This document shows, piece by piece, positions 19,859 to 28,728 of a stretch of DNA of 64,000 nt. The translations under genes were made by a program, and so were the position numbers. Source of the DNA: Bacillota bacterium (GTDB taxonomy: Bacteria; Bacillota; Clostridia; Acetivibrionales; DTU013); NCBI GenBank assembly GCA_023412665.1, contig JAEZCA010000041.1:2058-66057 (forward strand). Reading direction: 5' to 3'. Each line of letters begins with the position of its first letter. Position 1 is the first letter of the stretch. A model generated the notes under the pieces. It was not told the origin of the DNA. It searched no databases and saw only the letters and a program-made list of their open reading frames with translations.

Positions 19859-20884
19859 GTGAATACAAAAAAACCAGTAAAAGTGCTGGTGGTTGATGAC
19901 AGCATCGTTTTTCGGGAGGTTTTGGCAAGGGGGATATCCTGCGATCCTGGAATTATAGTTGTTGCTGTGGCAAAGGATCCATTTGAAGCCAGAGATAAAA
20001 TAATCCAGTTCGATCCGGATGTAATGACCTGCGATGTGGAAATGCCTAAAATGAACGGTATAGAATTCATCAGAAGGCTAATGCCGCAGCATCCCATTCC
20101 GGTCATTGTTGTAAGCGCCGCCAGCAATGCGGTCTTTGAGGCTATGAATGCGGGTGCGGTTGATTTTGTGATGAAGCCTGATGTAAGGTCGGTTATAAGT
20201 GTAGGAAATTTTATGGAAGAGATGATAGAAAAAATAAAAATATGCTCATTGGCAAAGGTCGGTTGTTTAAAAACCAGCCATTCTGCAGTACAAATGAAAA
20301 CCAGTAATCCGGCCAATGCCGACAGAATTATTGCAATCGGTGCTTCTACGGGAGGTACGGAAGCAATCTACAAAATACTTAAATGTTTTCCCGGCAATAT
20401 GCCCGGAGTAGTGCTCGTTCAGCACATCCCACCGGTATTCTCCCGTATGTTTGCTGAAAGGCTTAATAATTCCACTGCCCTTCGGGTAAAAGAGGCTAGC
20501 ACAGGAGACTGTCTGGAAATCGGGAGCGTATTGGTGGCACCTGGAGATCGTCATATGATGGTCAGAAGGTTTGGAGGCAAATATAAAGTAGAATGCTTTG
20601 AGGGCGAGAAGGTGAATGGCCACCGCCCGTCTGTGGATATTTTGTTTGAATCCGTGGCAAAGGAAGCCGGTGACAAGGCAGTTGGCATCATACTCTCAGG
20701 TATGGGCTATGATGGAGCAAAGGGCTTGCTTTCAATGAGGAAAAGGGGCGCAAGGACAATAGGACAGGATGAAGGCTCCTCTGTCGTTTATGGCATGCCC
20801 AAGGTGGCATTTAACATAGGAGCAGTTGAAAAACAAGCACCCCTTGAGGACATACCGGCGCTTGTACAATCAATGCTTGGCTAA
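19859..20884 (+). CDS. cheB: Protein-glutamate methylesterase/deamidase CheB (REC + esterase)
   Basis: REC 'VLVVDDS...VMTCDVEMPKMNG'. Catalytic domain 'IGASTGG', 'GHRPSVD' and 'GMGYDGA'. GTG start. Confidence 0.9.
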   Translation: MNTKKPVKVLVVDDSIVFREVLARGISCDPGIIVVAVAKDPFEARDKIIQFDPDVMTCDVEMPKMNGIEFIRRLMPQHPIPVIVVSAASNAVFEAMNAGAVDFVMKPDVRSVISVGNFMEEMIEKIKICSLAKVGCLKTSHSAVQMKTSNPANADRIIAIGASTGGTEAIYKILKCFPGNMPGVVLVQHIPPVFSRMFAERLNNSTALRVKEASTGDCLEIGSVLVAPGDRHMMVRRFGGKYKVECFEGEKVNGHRPSVDILFESVAKEAGDKAVGIILSGMGYDGAKGLLSMRKRGARTIGQDEGSSVVYGMPKVAFNIGAVEKQAPLEDIPALVQSMLG

Positions 20885-20899
20885 AGGTGATGGCTTAAT

Positions 20900-21367
20900 A
20901 TGGAGATAGTTGTTGGCATAGGGGAATATGCAATATCAAATAAAAGCGATGTAATTAAAACATATGCACTGGCATCCTGCATTGCTGTGACCGTATACAG
21001 TCCAAAAAGTAAATCGGCCGGAATGGCGCATATAGTACTTCCTTCACCGGGGGATACAAGAATGGATATGTCGCGTCCATGCTATTATGCAAATATTGCT
21101 GTACCGTTTCTTATCGGGGAAATATGCAAAAGCTTCGGATGCTCAAAGGATGAGCTACAGATAAGTATTTTTGGCGGCGCTGATTCTGTTAGGAAAGAAG
21201 ATGTCTTCAAAATCGGAGCAAGGAACATAAAGGCGGTAAAGAGCGCCATTAATAGCTTGAAGCTGACATGCGGTATTTCAGAGGTAGGCGGAACAAACAG
21301 CAGGACTATTGAATTGGATTCGGAAACAGGCAGGATAAAGGTGGTAAGACAGCCACTTGTGTTATGA
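20900..21367 (+). CDS. cheD: Chemoreceptor glutamine deamidase CheD
   Basis: 155 aa with 'ALASCIAVTVY...GMAHIVLP' and 'IFGGA'. Sits in the typical post-cheB position. Confidence 0.85.
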   Translation: MEIVVGIGEYAISNKSDVIKTYALASCIAVTVYSPKSKSAGMAHIVLPSPGDTRMDMSRPCYYANIAVPFLIGEICKSFGCSKDELQISIFGGADSVRKEDVFKIGARNIKAVKSAINSLKLTCGISEVGGTNSRTIELDSETGRIKVVRQPLVL

Positions 21368-21388
21368 TAATATGCAGTGAGGTAGCAG

Positions 21389-23284
21389 ATGTTCAATAAA
21401 CTAACTGCGGAAGAGGAGCTGAGAAGGTACAAGCTTCTATCAGAAAATGCCAATGACATTATACTTTTTTCGGATGCTGACGGCTTTGTGACGGAGGTTA
21501 ATGCGGCGGCCATCAGAGCTTTTGGATATAGCAGGGAGGAGCTTGTCGGTAAGCCTATATTCTATCTGGTAAGCCCTGATCCGAAAGCGCCGGTTGTTGC
21601 CGGACCCTATCAGGAAAATTCAGGGGGCATATATTATGAAGCCATGGCTTTCCGTAAGGATGGAACTGCTTTTACAGCAGAAGTGAGTATGCAGGGCACA
21701 GGAACAGGAAAAGACTTACTGCTCATTGCCATATTACGTGATGTGACCGAAAGAAAACGAATAAATGATGAATTAAAGAGAGCAAAGGAGTCGGCGGAGG
21801 CTGCAAACCGCGCAAAAAGTGAATTCCTGGCAAATATGAGCCATGAGATACGCACGCCGCTTAACGGTATTATAGGCATGATTGGCCTGACATTGCTGAC
21901 TGAGCTAAACAGCGAACAGAAGGATAATCTCTGCACAGCAAAGAACTGCGCAAATAATCTTTTAAATCTGATAAACGACATTCTGGATTTTTCAAAAATA
22001 GAGGCTGGAATGCTTACATTAGAAAACGTTAACTTCAATATCAGGGAGTTGATTGAGCAGACAACCAGGACACACATAGTAAAAGCTGCTAAAAAGGGCT
22101 TGATATTTAACTGTAGTATAGACGATAATATTCCTCAGGTGATAAACGGAGATTCCCACAGGCTCAGGCAGATATTGAGCAATCTCCTCGGAAACGCAGT
22201 AAAGTTCACTGATTCAGGCAGTGTCAGTATTGCTGCTAGTCTTTTGAAAAGCTATGATGAGGCTCTGGAGCTAGAATTCCGGATATCGGATACAGGTATC
22301 GGGATACCGCAAGAGGGTATGCACAAGCTGTTCAGCTCCTTTACTCAAGTAGACAGCTCACACACAAGAAAATACGGAGGTACCGGTCTGGGGCTTGCTA
22401 TATCAAAACAGCTTTCAGAGAAAATGGGTGGATCCATAAGTGTAAAAAGCACGGTGAACCAGGGGAGTGAATTCAGCTTTACAATCAAGGTTACACAGGG
22501 CGTTTCCGCCGACATAGTACATAAGGATATAAATCAGATTAAAAAAACCAGGGAGCCATTGAGAATATTGCTTGTCGAGGACGACCAGATAAACCAGTAT
22601 GTAACAAGACGCATGCTTCTGGAAAAAGGCCATGAGGTAGTGACTGCCGACAACGGGGTCATTGCGCTGGAAATACTGGACAAGGAATGTATAGATGTTA
22701 TATTGATGGATATTCAAATGCCCGGTATGGACGGTATTGAAGCTACTAGAAGAATAAGAAGGCAGGAAAGGATTTTAGGTGGCCATATACCGATAATTGC
22801 CCTTACTGCTTATGCTCTTAAAGGAGACAGGGAGAAATTCTTATCAGCGGGCATGGATGAATACCTGACCAAGCCGGTGCAAATAAATGATCTGTTAAGT
22901 GCCGTTGAGCGTGTGTCAGAAATTATAGTGAGTAAAAAACACATCACCAGAGCTCAGGCTGACATGGGTTATGAAGATGAAAACAGAAGTACCGGAAACA
23001 ATACCGGGTATATAAAAAGCATAGAACTTTTATTACACGAAATTGAAGACAAAATCAGATTACTGGAGGATGCCTTCAGTAGAAAGGAATTATCCGTCAT
23101 AGAAAAATATGCCCATGCGGTCAAAAAGCATGCCTGGGATATAAGTGCAGTCGGGTTGCGGAGCGCTGCATTTAAGGTAGAGCTTGCTATTAGGAGAGGA
23201 AATATTGCAGAAGCATCTGAGCTTTTTAAATGTGTTGTAGATGAGTTTCAAAGCACTAAGATTAATTTAATTAGATTTCAATAA
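21389..23284 (+). CDS. Hybrid sensor histidine kinase (PAS - HisKA - HATPase_c - REC - Hpt-like)
   Basis: PAS 'FSDADGFVTEVNAAAIRAFGYSREELVGKPI', H-box 'MSHEIRTPLNGIIG', 'GGTGLGLAISK', REC 'ILLVEDDQIN...ILMDIQMPGMDG...ALTAYA...TKP', and C-terminal 'YAHAVKKHA' (HxxK Hpt-like). Confidence 0.85.
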   Translation: MFNKLTAEEELRRYKLLSENANDIILFSDADGFVTEVNAAAIRAFGYSREELVGKPIFYLVSPDPKAPVVAGPYQENSGGIYYEAMAFRKDGTAFTAEVSMQGTGTGKDLLLIAILRDVTERKRINDELKRAKESAEAANRAKSEFLANMSHEIRTPLNGIIGMIGLTLLTELNSEQKDNLCTAKNCANNLLNLINDILDFSKIEAGMLTLENVNFNIRELIEQTTRTHIVKAAKKGLIFNCSIDDNIPQVINGDSHRLRQILSNLLGNAVKFTDSGSVSIAASLLKSYDEALELEFRISDTGIGIPQEGMHKLFSSFTQVDSSHTRKYGGTGLGLAISKQLSEKMGGSISVKSTVNQGSEFSFTIKVTQGVSADIVHKDINQIKKTREPLRILLVEDDQINQYVTRRMLLEKGHEVVTADNGVIALEILDKECIDVILMDIQMPGMDGIEATRRIRRQERILGGHIPIIALTAYALKGDREKFLSAGMDEYLTKPVQINDLLSAVERVSEIIVSKKHITRAQADMGYEDENRSTGNNTGYIKSIELLLHEIEDKIRLLEDAFSRKELSVIEKYAHAVKKHAWDISAVGLRSAAFKVELAIRRGNIAEASELFKCVVDEFQSTKINLIRFQ

Positions 23285-23310
23285 AATTATTATAGAAAAA
23301 GGAGTTGCAA

Positions 23311-23709
23311 ATGTTAAGGATACTTATAGCAGAAGATGATCTTGCAAGCAGAAGGTTTTTGTCGAAGTTTTTATCGGCATACGGCGAATGTGATATAACC
23401 ATAGATGGAATGGAGGCGCTGGAAGCCTTCATGATATCCTGGGATGAAGGAAGGCCGTATGATTTGATATGTCTGGATATAATGATGCCTGAACTGGATG
23501 GTATAAAGACACTTCGTACTATCAGAGATATAGAAAACCAGAAAGGTATCGAAGAATCCAAACGTGTCAAAATCATAATGACCACAGCGCTTAATGATAA
23601 GGACAGTATATTGAATGCGTTTGACACAGGCTGTGAGGCATATGCAGGAAAGCCTATTGATACAAAAAAGCTAATTGAGGTCATGATGAAGCTTGAGCTG
23701 ATAAAATAA
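23311..23709 (+). CDS. Single-domain response regulator (REC only), paralog of 12931-13329
   Basis: 'ILIAEDD', 'LICLDIMMPELDG', 'MTTAL' and 'AGKP'. ATG 23311 lies 7 nt after AAAGGAG. Confidence 0.85.
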   Translation: MLRILIAEDDLASRRFLSKFLSAYGECDITIDGMEALEAFMISWDEGRPYDLICLDIMMPELDGIKTLRTIRDIENQKGIEESKRVKIIMTTALNDKDSILNAFDTGCEAYAGKPIDTKKLIEVMMKLELIK

Positions 23710-23749
23710 CAGCACTTACTCCACTTGGGTCGGAAAACGGGGGACAGGT

Positions 23750-24115
23750 ATGCGAAAAAAAATTATCGCAGCAGATGATGAAAGAGCGTTGAGGTTACTT
23801 GTGTCAGGGACACTTGAGATATGTGATTATCTGGTCATTGAGGCAGAGAACGGTTTACAGGCATTGGAACTGGCTCGGCAGGAAAAACCGGATCTGATCA
23901 TACTGGATGTAATGATGCCCGGGATGTCGGGACTGGAGGTTTGTAAGCATATTAAAACAGATCCGGACTTACAGGGGACAAAGGTTCTCATACTGACTGC
24001 AAAAGGGCAGCAGAGCGACAAAGAGGCAGCAAAAGAGGTAATGGCCGACTGCTACCTGTCAAAGCCCTTTAGCCCGGCGATCCTTCTTGCAATAGTAGAA
24101 GAGGTGCTTGGATGA
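23750..24115 (+). CDS. Single-domain response regulator (REC only)
   Basis: 121 aa with 'IIAADDE', 'LIILDVMMPGMSG', 'ILTAKG' and 'LSKPF'. Confidence 0.85.
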   Translation: MRKKIIAADDERALRLLVSGTLEICDYLVIEAENGLQALELARQEKPDLIILDVMMPGMSGLEVCKHIKTDPDLQGTKVLILTAKGQQSDKEAAKEVMADCYLSKPFSPAILLAIVEEVLG

Positions 24116-24141
24116 AATAGAATCCACTATGAGAGGTAAAA

Positions 24142-26400
24142 ATGACTGAACACAATACATACCCTGAGAATAATGGCGAATACAGCAGAAGAATTGAATT
24201 AGAAAGAATCAATACATCCCTGCTTGAAAGCCGGGAAAATATCCGCCTGCTCCTGGATTCTACCGCCGAAGCGATTTATGGTGTAGATATGGAGGGGAAG
24301 TGCACCTTCTGTAATAAAAGCTTCCTAATGATGATGGGTTATACCTGCGAAGAAGAGCTGATTGGTAAGAACATGCATCAGATGATACATTATATGTATG
24401 ATGATGGGATGGCTATCCCGCAGGAGGCATGTGAGATTTACAAAGCCTTCATAAACGGGCAAGGTACTCATAGAGAAGATGAGGTGTTCTACAGAGCCGA
24501 CGGAACGAGAGTTCCTGTTGAGTACCACTCCTACCCCCAGATAAAAAACGGCAAGGTAGTAGGGGCTGTAGTAACATTTATGGATATAACGGAAAGGAAA
24601 AAGGCAAGGGATGAAATATTAAAGGCAAATGAACAGCTGGAAGCTATAAATGATCAGCTACAGGAAAAACAGTACGCCCTTGAGGAGCAGAACACGCTTA
24701 TTGAGGAGCTGAACTCACAGCTGGAGGATGAAAACATCAGATACCTGCAGCAAAAAGAAATACTACAGGCCATAATAGATTCTCTGGGCGCAGGAATCCT
24801 GATGGTGGATACTGAAGGCAGGGCAATGTTCATCAATAATGCATGGAAGGAGCTTTTCAGTTATCTGGATATAGGCGTAGAATTAAAGCCCAATGATAAT
24901 TTCTATATAAATATTGACGGTTTTCCAAATACAAGAGAGATTATAAGAAGCATGCTGTATGGCATGGAAAACGGGCAGGAAGAAACCCAAAAGCTGTTGG
25001 AGCTGCTGGGTGACAACGTAAAAAGGTATAACTGCGACCTGGAGCAGGTATACCCTGTAAAAAGATTCCTGAATATTTACTCAAATCCATGTATAAGCAG
25101 TACAAATCATAGCTTTGGACGTGTGTATGTCATTAGGGATATATCTCACCAAAAGGGAGTAGACAAGCTTAAAACGGAGCTGATAAGTACCGTAAGCCAT
25201 GAGCTGAGGACTCCGATGAGCAGTATCCTTGGATTTTCAGAGCTTTTGTTGACCAGGGAGCTTACCGGAGAACGCAGTAAGGAATATGTTGGCATTATTA
25301 ATTCGGAGGCAAAAAGACTTACAGAGCTTATAAATGATTTTCTCGATATACAGAGGATGGAGGACGGCAAACAGGAGTTCAGCAAACAACTCAGTTCCAT
25401 AAGTACAATTATTGAGGAAGCCTTAAAGCTTTTTAAAGATAATGAGGACATACACAACATCATATACAACAAAGACTCTGCGAAAGATTACAAGGTTTAC
25501 TGCGACAGGAGTAAAATACTCCGGGTCATTACAAACCTGTTATCAAATGCAGTTAAGTATTCTCCCGGCGGCGGAGATATAGCAGTGCGCATGGAGCCTT
25601 CAAATGGGGACATCCTTGTAAGCGTGGAGGATCATGGCTTGGGTATTCCACAGGATGCCGTAAGCAAGCTTTTTACAAAATTCTACCGAGTAGATAATGA
25701 CGACCGAAGAAAAATAGGTGGCACCGGCCTTGGACTGGCCATATGCAAAGAAATCATAAAAGCCCATGACGGGCAAATCGGAGTCAACTCCGACTATGGA
25801 AGGGGCAGTACCTTCTGGTTCACCCTTCCTTGTTTCAATGTGTGTAGTAATGTAACCGAAGCAGCGGTAAAGACCGATCATTCTTCAGGATGCTTTTTTG
25901 ATTTGCTTATAATAGAGAATGACATATCGACTGTTAAGCTTATCAAAGAGGTACTAAAGGACGAGAAGCTGAAGATACATGATACAGGCAGCGGCGAGGA
26001 AGCTTTGGAGCTGTTATTGAAAAACAATTATAAAATTGTACTGCTTGATATCGCACTAAACGGTCAAATGAGCGGATGGGATGTCATTAGGGAGTTTAAA
26101 AAAAATAGGGCCACTACGGGCACACCTATCGTCATTATAAGCGCTTATGAAAATAAATCCATTGCTTCAGAGCGCGGGATAAACGACTATCTGGTCAAGC
26201 CCTTTGAACCGGATCAGCTTCTGAACGCTATAAATAAAGCACTGGACGGCAAGCTGGACTCGGGGAAGACGGTAGGAAACGGGAACGGTCTTACAAATAT
26301 GGTATCTAAAATGTTGGGCGGCTACAACATAGAAGTCAAGCACGTTGATCACTCCGAGAATATTCTAATTATTACGCTGAACAGGGAAGAAGGAAAATAA
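24142..26400 (+). CDS. Sensor histidine kinase with PAS, coiled coil, a second sensory region, HisKA/HATPase_c and a C-terminal REC-like domain
   Basis: PAS 'IYGVDMEGKCTFCNKSFLMMMGY', H-box 'VSHELRTPMSSILG', 'NLLSNAVKYSP', 'GGTGLGLAICK' and REC-like 'LLIIENDIS...VLLDIAL...ISAY...VKPF'. Confidence 0.85.
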   Translation: MTEHNTYPENNGEYSRRIELERINTSLLESRENIRLLLDSTAEAIYGVDMEGKCTFCNKSFLMMMGYTCEEELIGKNMHQMIHYMYDDGMAIPQEACEIYKAFINGQGTHREDEVFYRADGTRVPVEYHSYPQIKNGKVVGAVVTFMDITERKKARDEILKANEQLEAINDQLQEKQYALEEQNTLIEELNSQLEDENIRYLQQKEILQAIIDSLGAGILMVDTEGRAMFINNAWKELFSYLDIGVELKPNDNFYINIDGFPNTREIIRSMLYGMENGQEETQKLLELLGDNVKRYNCDLEQVYPVKRFLNIYSNPCISSTNHSFGRVYVIRDISHQKGVDKLKTELISTVSHELRTPMSSILGFSELLLTRELTGERSKEYVGIINSEAKRLTELINDFLDIQRMEDGKQEFSKQLSSISTIIEEALKLFKDNEDIHNIIYNKDSAKDYKVYCDRSKILRVITNLLSNAVKYSPGGGDIAVRMEPSNGDILVSVEDHGLGIPQDAVSKLFTKFYRVDNDDRRKIGGTGLGLAICKEIIKAHDGQIGVNSDYGRGSTFWFTLPCFNVCSNVTEAAVKTDHSSGCFFDLLIIENDISTVKLIKEVLKDEKLKIHDTGSGEEALELLLKNNYKIVLLDIALNGQMSGWDVIREFKKNRATTGTPIVIISAYENKSIASERGINDYLVKPFEPDQLLNAINKALDGKLDSGKTVGNGNGLTNMVSKMLGGYNIEVKHVDHSENILIITLNREEGK

Positions 26401-26401
26401 A

Positions 26402-28048
26402 ATGAAAAATGATCAAATCAACAGAGTAATGGAGTCAGCCAGAGAGGTGTATATAACGGAGCTTGATGTAAGGACTTCTGAGCTTGAGAGCTTTATCAAT
26501 GCTTGCGGAGAATTTACCGAGGCCGATATCAACAGGCTAGAGAGGTTCTTTCACTCCATGAGCGGGACAGCTGCCACATTGGGGCTGGACTATCTGTCCT
26601 CCATCGGCAGGGAGTGGGAGAATAAGCTGAGGACAAGGAACGGCCCGGTGACTATTGGGGATAGCACCATAGTGGATTGCATGCTGTCAGCGGTGAAAGA
26701 TATTAAGAGGAATATATCCGATATGCACATCCAAAGGGAAGCAACCCGTAAAAGCAATGGGGAAGGTAGGTATGGTCATACGGCAAGAGGCAAGATACTG
26801 CTGGTTGACGATGATATATCAATACTTAAGCTGTTGGAAAATGCGTTTACGATAGAGGGCTATGAGGTTTACATATGCGACGATCCTGTGACAGCAATGG
26901 ATATGATATCCGTTACAATGCCGGACATAATACTACTGGATGTGATGATGCCTGACATAAGCGGATTTGAATTGCTGGGGCAGATCAGGAGTAAAGAGGA
27001 GTATTCGGATATACATATTGTTATTTTAAGCGCAAAGGGCGATATAGACGACAAAATACTAGGTATAAAGTCAGGTGCCGATGATTATATAGTAAAGCCT
27101 TTTGCAATAGGTGAGGTAACAACAAGAGTGGAAATGATCATGAGGAGGTCTAAGAATTACCGGGAAAAACTGATGAAGGATCACGTGACCGGCGCTTGCT
27201 CCAGATATTATTTCAATCTCAGGATATCGGAGGAATTTGAAAGGTATAAAAGATACGGATCAATATTTTCCATAGTTTTTCTGGATATAGATAATTACAA
27301 GCATATCAATGACAATTACGGACACCATACCGGCGAATACGTCCTGAGAAAATACATTTCCAGTATGATTGCGAGTATGAGAGGGTGTGACAGCATTTAC
27401 CGATACGGGTGTGGGGAGTTTATAATTCTTATGCCGGATACACCAGAAGAACAGGCGTATCTTGCTATAGAAAGAATCAGGGGTGAATTGGAAGGCGGAA
27501 CCATTTCTGCCGGAGGGGAGGATTTTTATATTACCTTCAGTGCAGGTATAAATCAAGCCGGTGACAAGAGTGAAAGCGTAGAGAAGCTGATAAGCGACGC
27601 TGACAAAGCTATGTACTTCGCCAAGAAAAGGGGCAGGGACAAAACGGTGATCTATAGCGACAAGATAGATGATATGCTCATAAAGAAAACACTTCTAGTC
27701 GTCGATGATGAAAACACCATATTAAAGCTTCTTACAGAAAGGCTGGCCTGTATCGGATATAATGTCGCTGCCGCGCGGGACGGAAACCATGCTGTGGCAC
27801 TGGCCTCAGAAATCCGGCCGGATGCTGTAGTACTGGATCTGAACCTGCCGGATATAGATGGCTTTGAAGTCTGCAGAAGGATAAAGGAGGGCGCAGGAGC
27901 CTATCCTGTAAAGGTCATCATTCTATTGAAAAAGGAGGAGAAAGAGCATATAGAAAAATGTCTTAGGTCAGAGGCGGACGACTATGTCACAAAGCCATTT
28001 TCCATGGCTAAACTGGAAGAAAGAATAAAGGAAATACTTCATGACTAA
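26402..28048 (+). CDS. Hpt-like - REC - degenerate GGDEF - REC multidomain response regulator
   Basis: N-terminal 'FFHSMSGTAATLGL' (HxxKG-like). REC1 'ILLVDDD...ILLDVMMP...LSAKG...VKPF'. GGDEF fold 'FLDIDNYKHINDNYGHHTGE' but the signature reads 'RYGCGEF', preceded by 'RGCD' exactly 5 residues upstream. REC2 'LLVVDDE...VVLDLNLP...TKPF'. Confidence 0.8.
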   Translation: MKNDQINRVMESAREVYITELDVRTSELESFINACGEFTEADINRLERFFHSMSGTAATLGLDYLSSIGREWENKLRTRNGPVTIGDSTIVDCMLSAVKDIKRNISDMHIQREATRKSNGEGRYGHTARGKILLVDDDISILKLLENAFTIEGYEVYICDDPVTAMDMISVTMPDIILLDVMMPDISGFELLGQIRSKEEYSDIHIVILSAKGDIDDKILGIKSGADDYIVKPFAIGEVTTRVEMIMRRSKNYREKLMKDHVTGACSRYYFNLRISEEFERYKRYGSIFSIVFLDIDNYKHINDNYGHHTGEYVLRKYISSMIASMRGCDSIYRYGCGEFIILMPDTPEEQAYLAIERIRGELEGGTISAGGEDFYITFSAGINQAGDKSESVEKLISDADKAMYFAKKRGRDKTVIYSDKIDDMLIKKTLLVVDDENTILKLLTERLACIGYNVAAARDGNHAVALASEIRPDAVVLDLNLPDIDGFEVCRRIKEGAGAYPVKVIILLKKEEKEHIEKCLRSEADDYVTKPFSMAKLEERIKEILHD

Positions 28049-28083
28049 TATTTTCCGGCCTGTATTCTTTAACTAAATTTTAA

Positions 28084-28113
28084 TTGACAATACGGAGCTT
28101 GTGTGAATATACT
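28084..28113 (+). promoter_or_regulatory. Sigma-A-type promoter candidate for the glmS leader
   Basis: TTGACA (28084-28089), an 18-nt spacer, then TATACT (28108-28113), about 75 nt upstream of the ribozyme core. Confidence 0.5.
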
Positions 28114-28185
28114 AAAGTGAGGAATTTGAAAGAGGATTGATTACCCGGAAAGGCAGGGTAGAAGGCAGTTTCAGACAAGGGTATA

Positions 28186-28405
28186 GAAAAGGCGCCAGGA
28201 CACGGCTGATTTTTCAGCGTGTTGACGAGGGGGAGGAGGTCACAGTCCCCAGCGGTAAAGTAAATGCTGCAATGCATCGAAGCCGCTATTGCTGTGAGTT
28301 ATCGAAAGTTTCGGCGGAAACCTCCCGGTTGGCCACGATCGCAGGGCTTAACAAAAACTGCAGGCAACTGCAGAACAGAAAAAGCTCAGGTGGCAGTCCT
28401 ATCAT
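28186..28405 (+). ncRNA. glmS ribozyme (GlcN6P-dependent self-cleaving riboswitch)
   Basis: The core strings 'GGCGCCAGGAC', 'GACGAGG' and 'GUUAUCGAAAGUUUCGGCGGAAACCUCCCGGUUG' match the conserved glmS ribozyme core as I recall it from Bacillus. It lies in the 5' leader of glmS. The ORFs the track predicts here are not credible. Confidence 0.85.
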
Positions 28406-28728
28406 AGATTCAAATTCTCCGCTAATTAAACTGAATATCTCTGTTAGAAAGCTGCACTGTCAGTAATTCGGTGCGCACATTTGTCGAACAAATCTGTAGA
28501 TATACAGATTTGACAGGCTGGTCAGCAGGCATGTTTTACAGGCATGTTAACAGGCGGATCAGGCAGACAGGATATCATGCTGGTCAGACAGATTGGCATG
28601 TTGGCTGTGTGTTTAATAATATTCGGCGAAAAAATGCTGATGCATTGCTGTGCTGTGTTCAGCTGATTGCAGGGTATTTCAGCCATTATCTTATTGTTTA
28701 AAATTATGAAAATCGAGGGAGAGTATTT

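Noticed and set aside
28137-28701. Two track ORFs (109 aa and 76 aa) in the glmS upstream region
   Set aside because: They overlap the glmS ribozyme core and its downstream leader. They have no RBS and odd composition, and the RNA element explains the region better.
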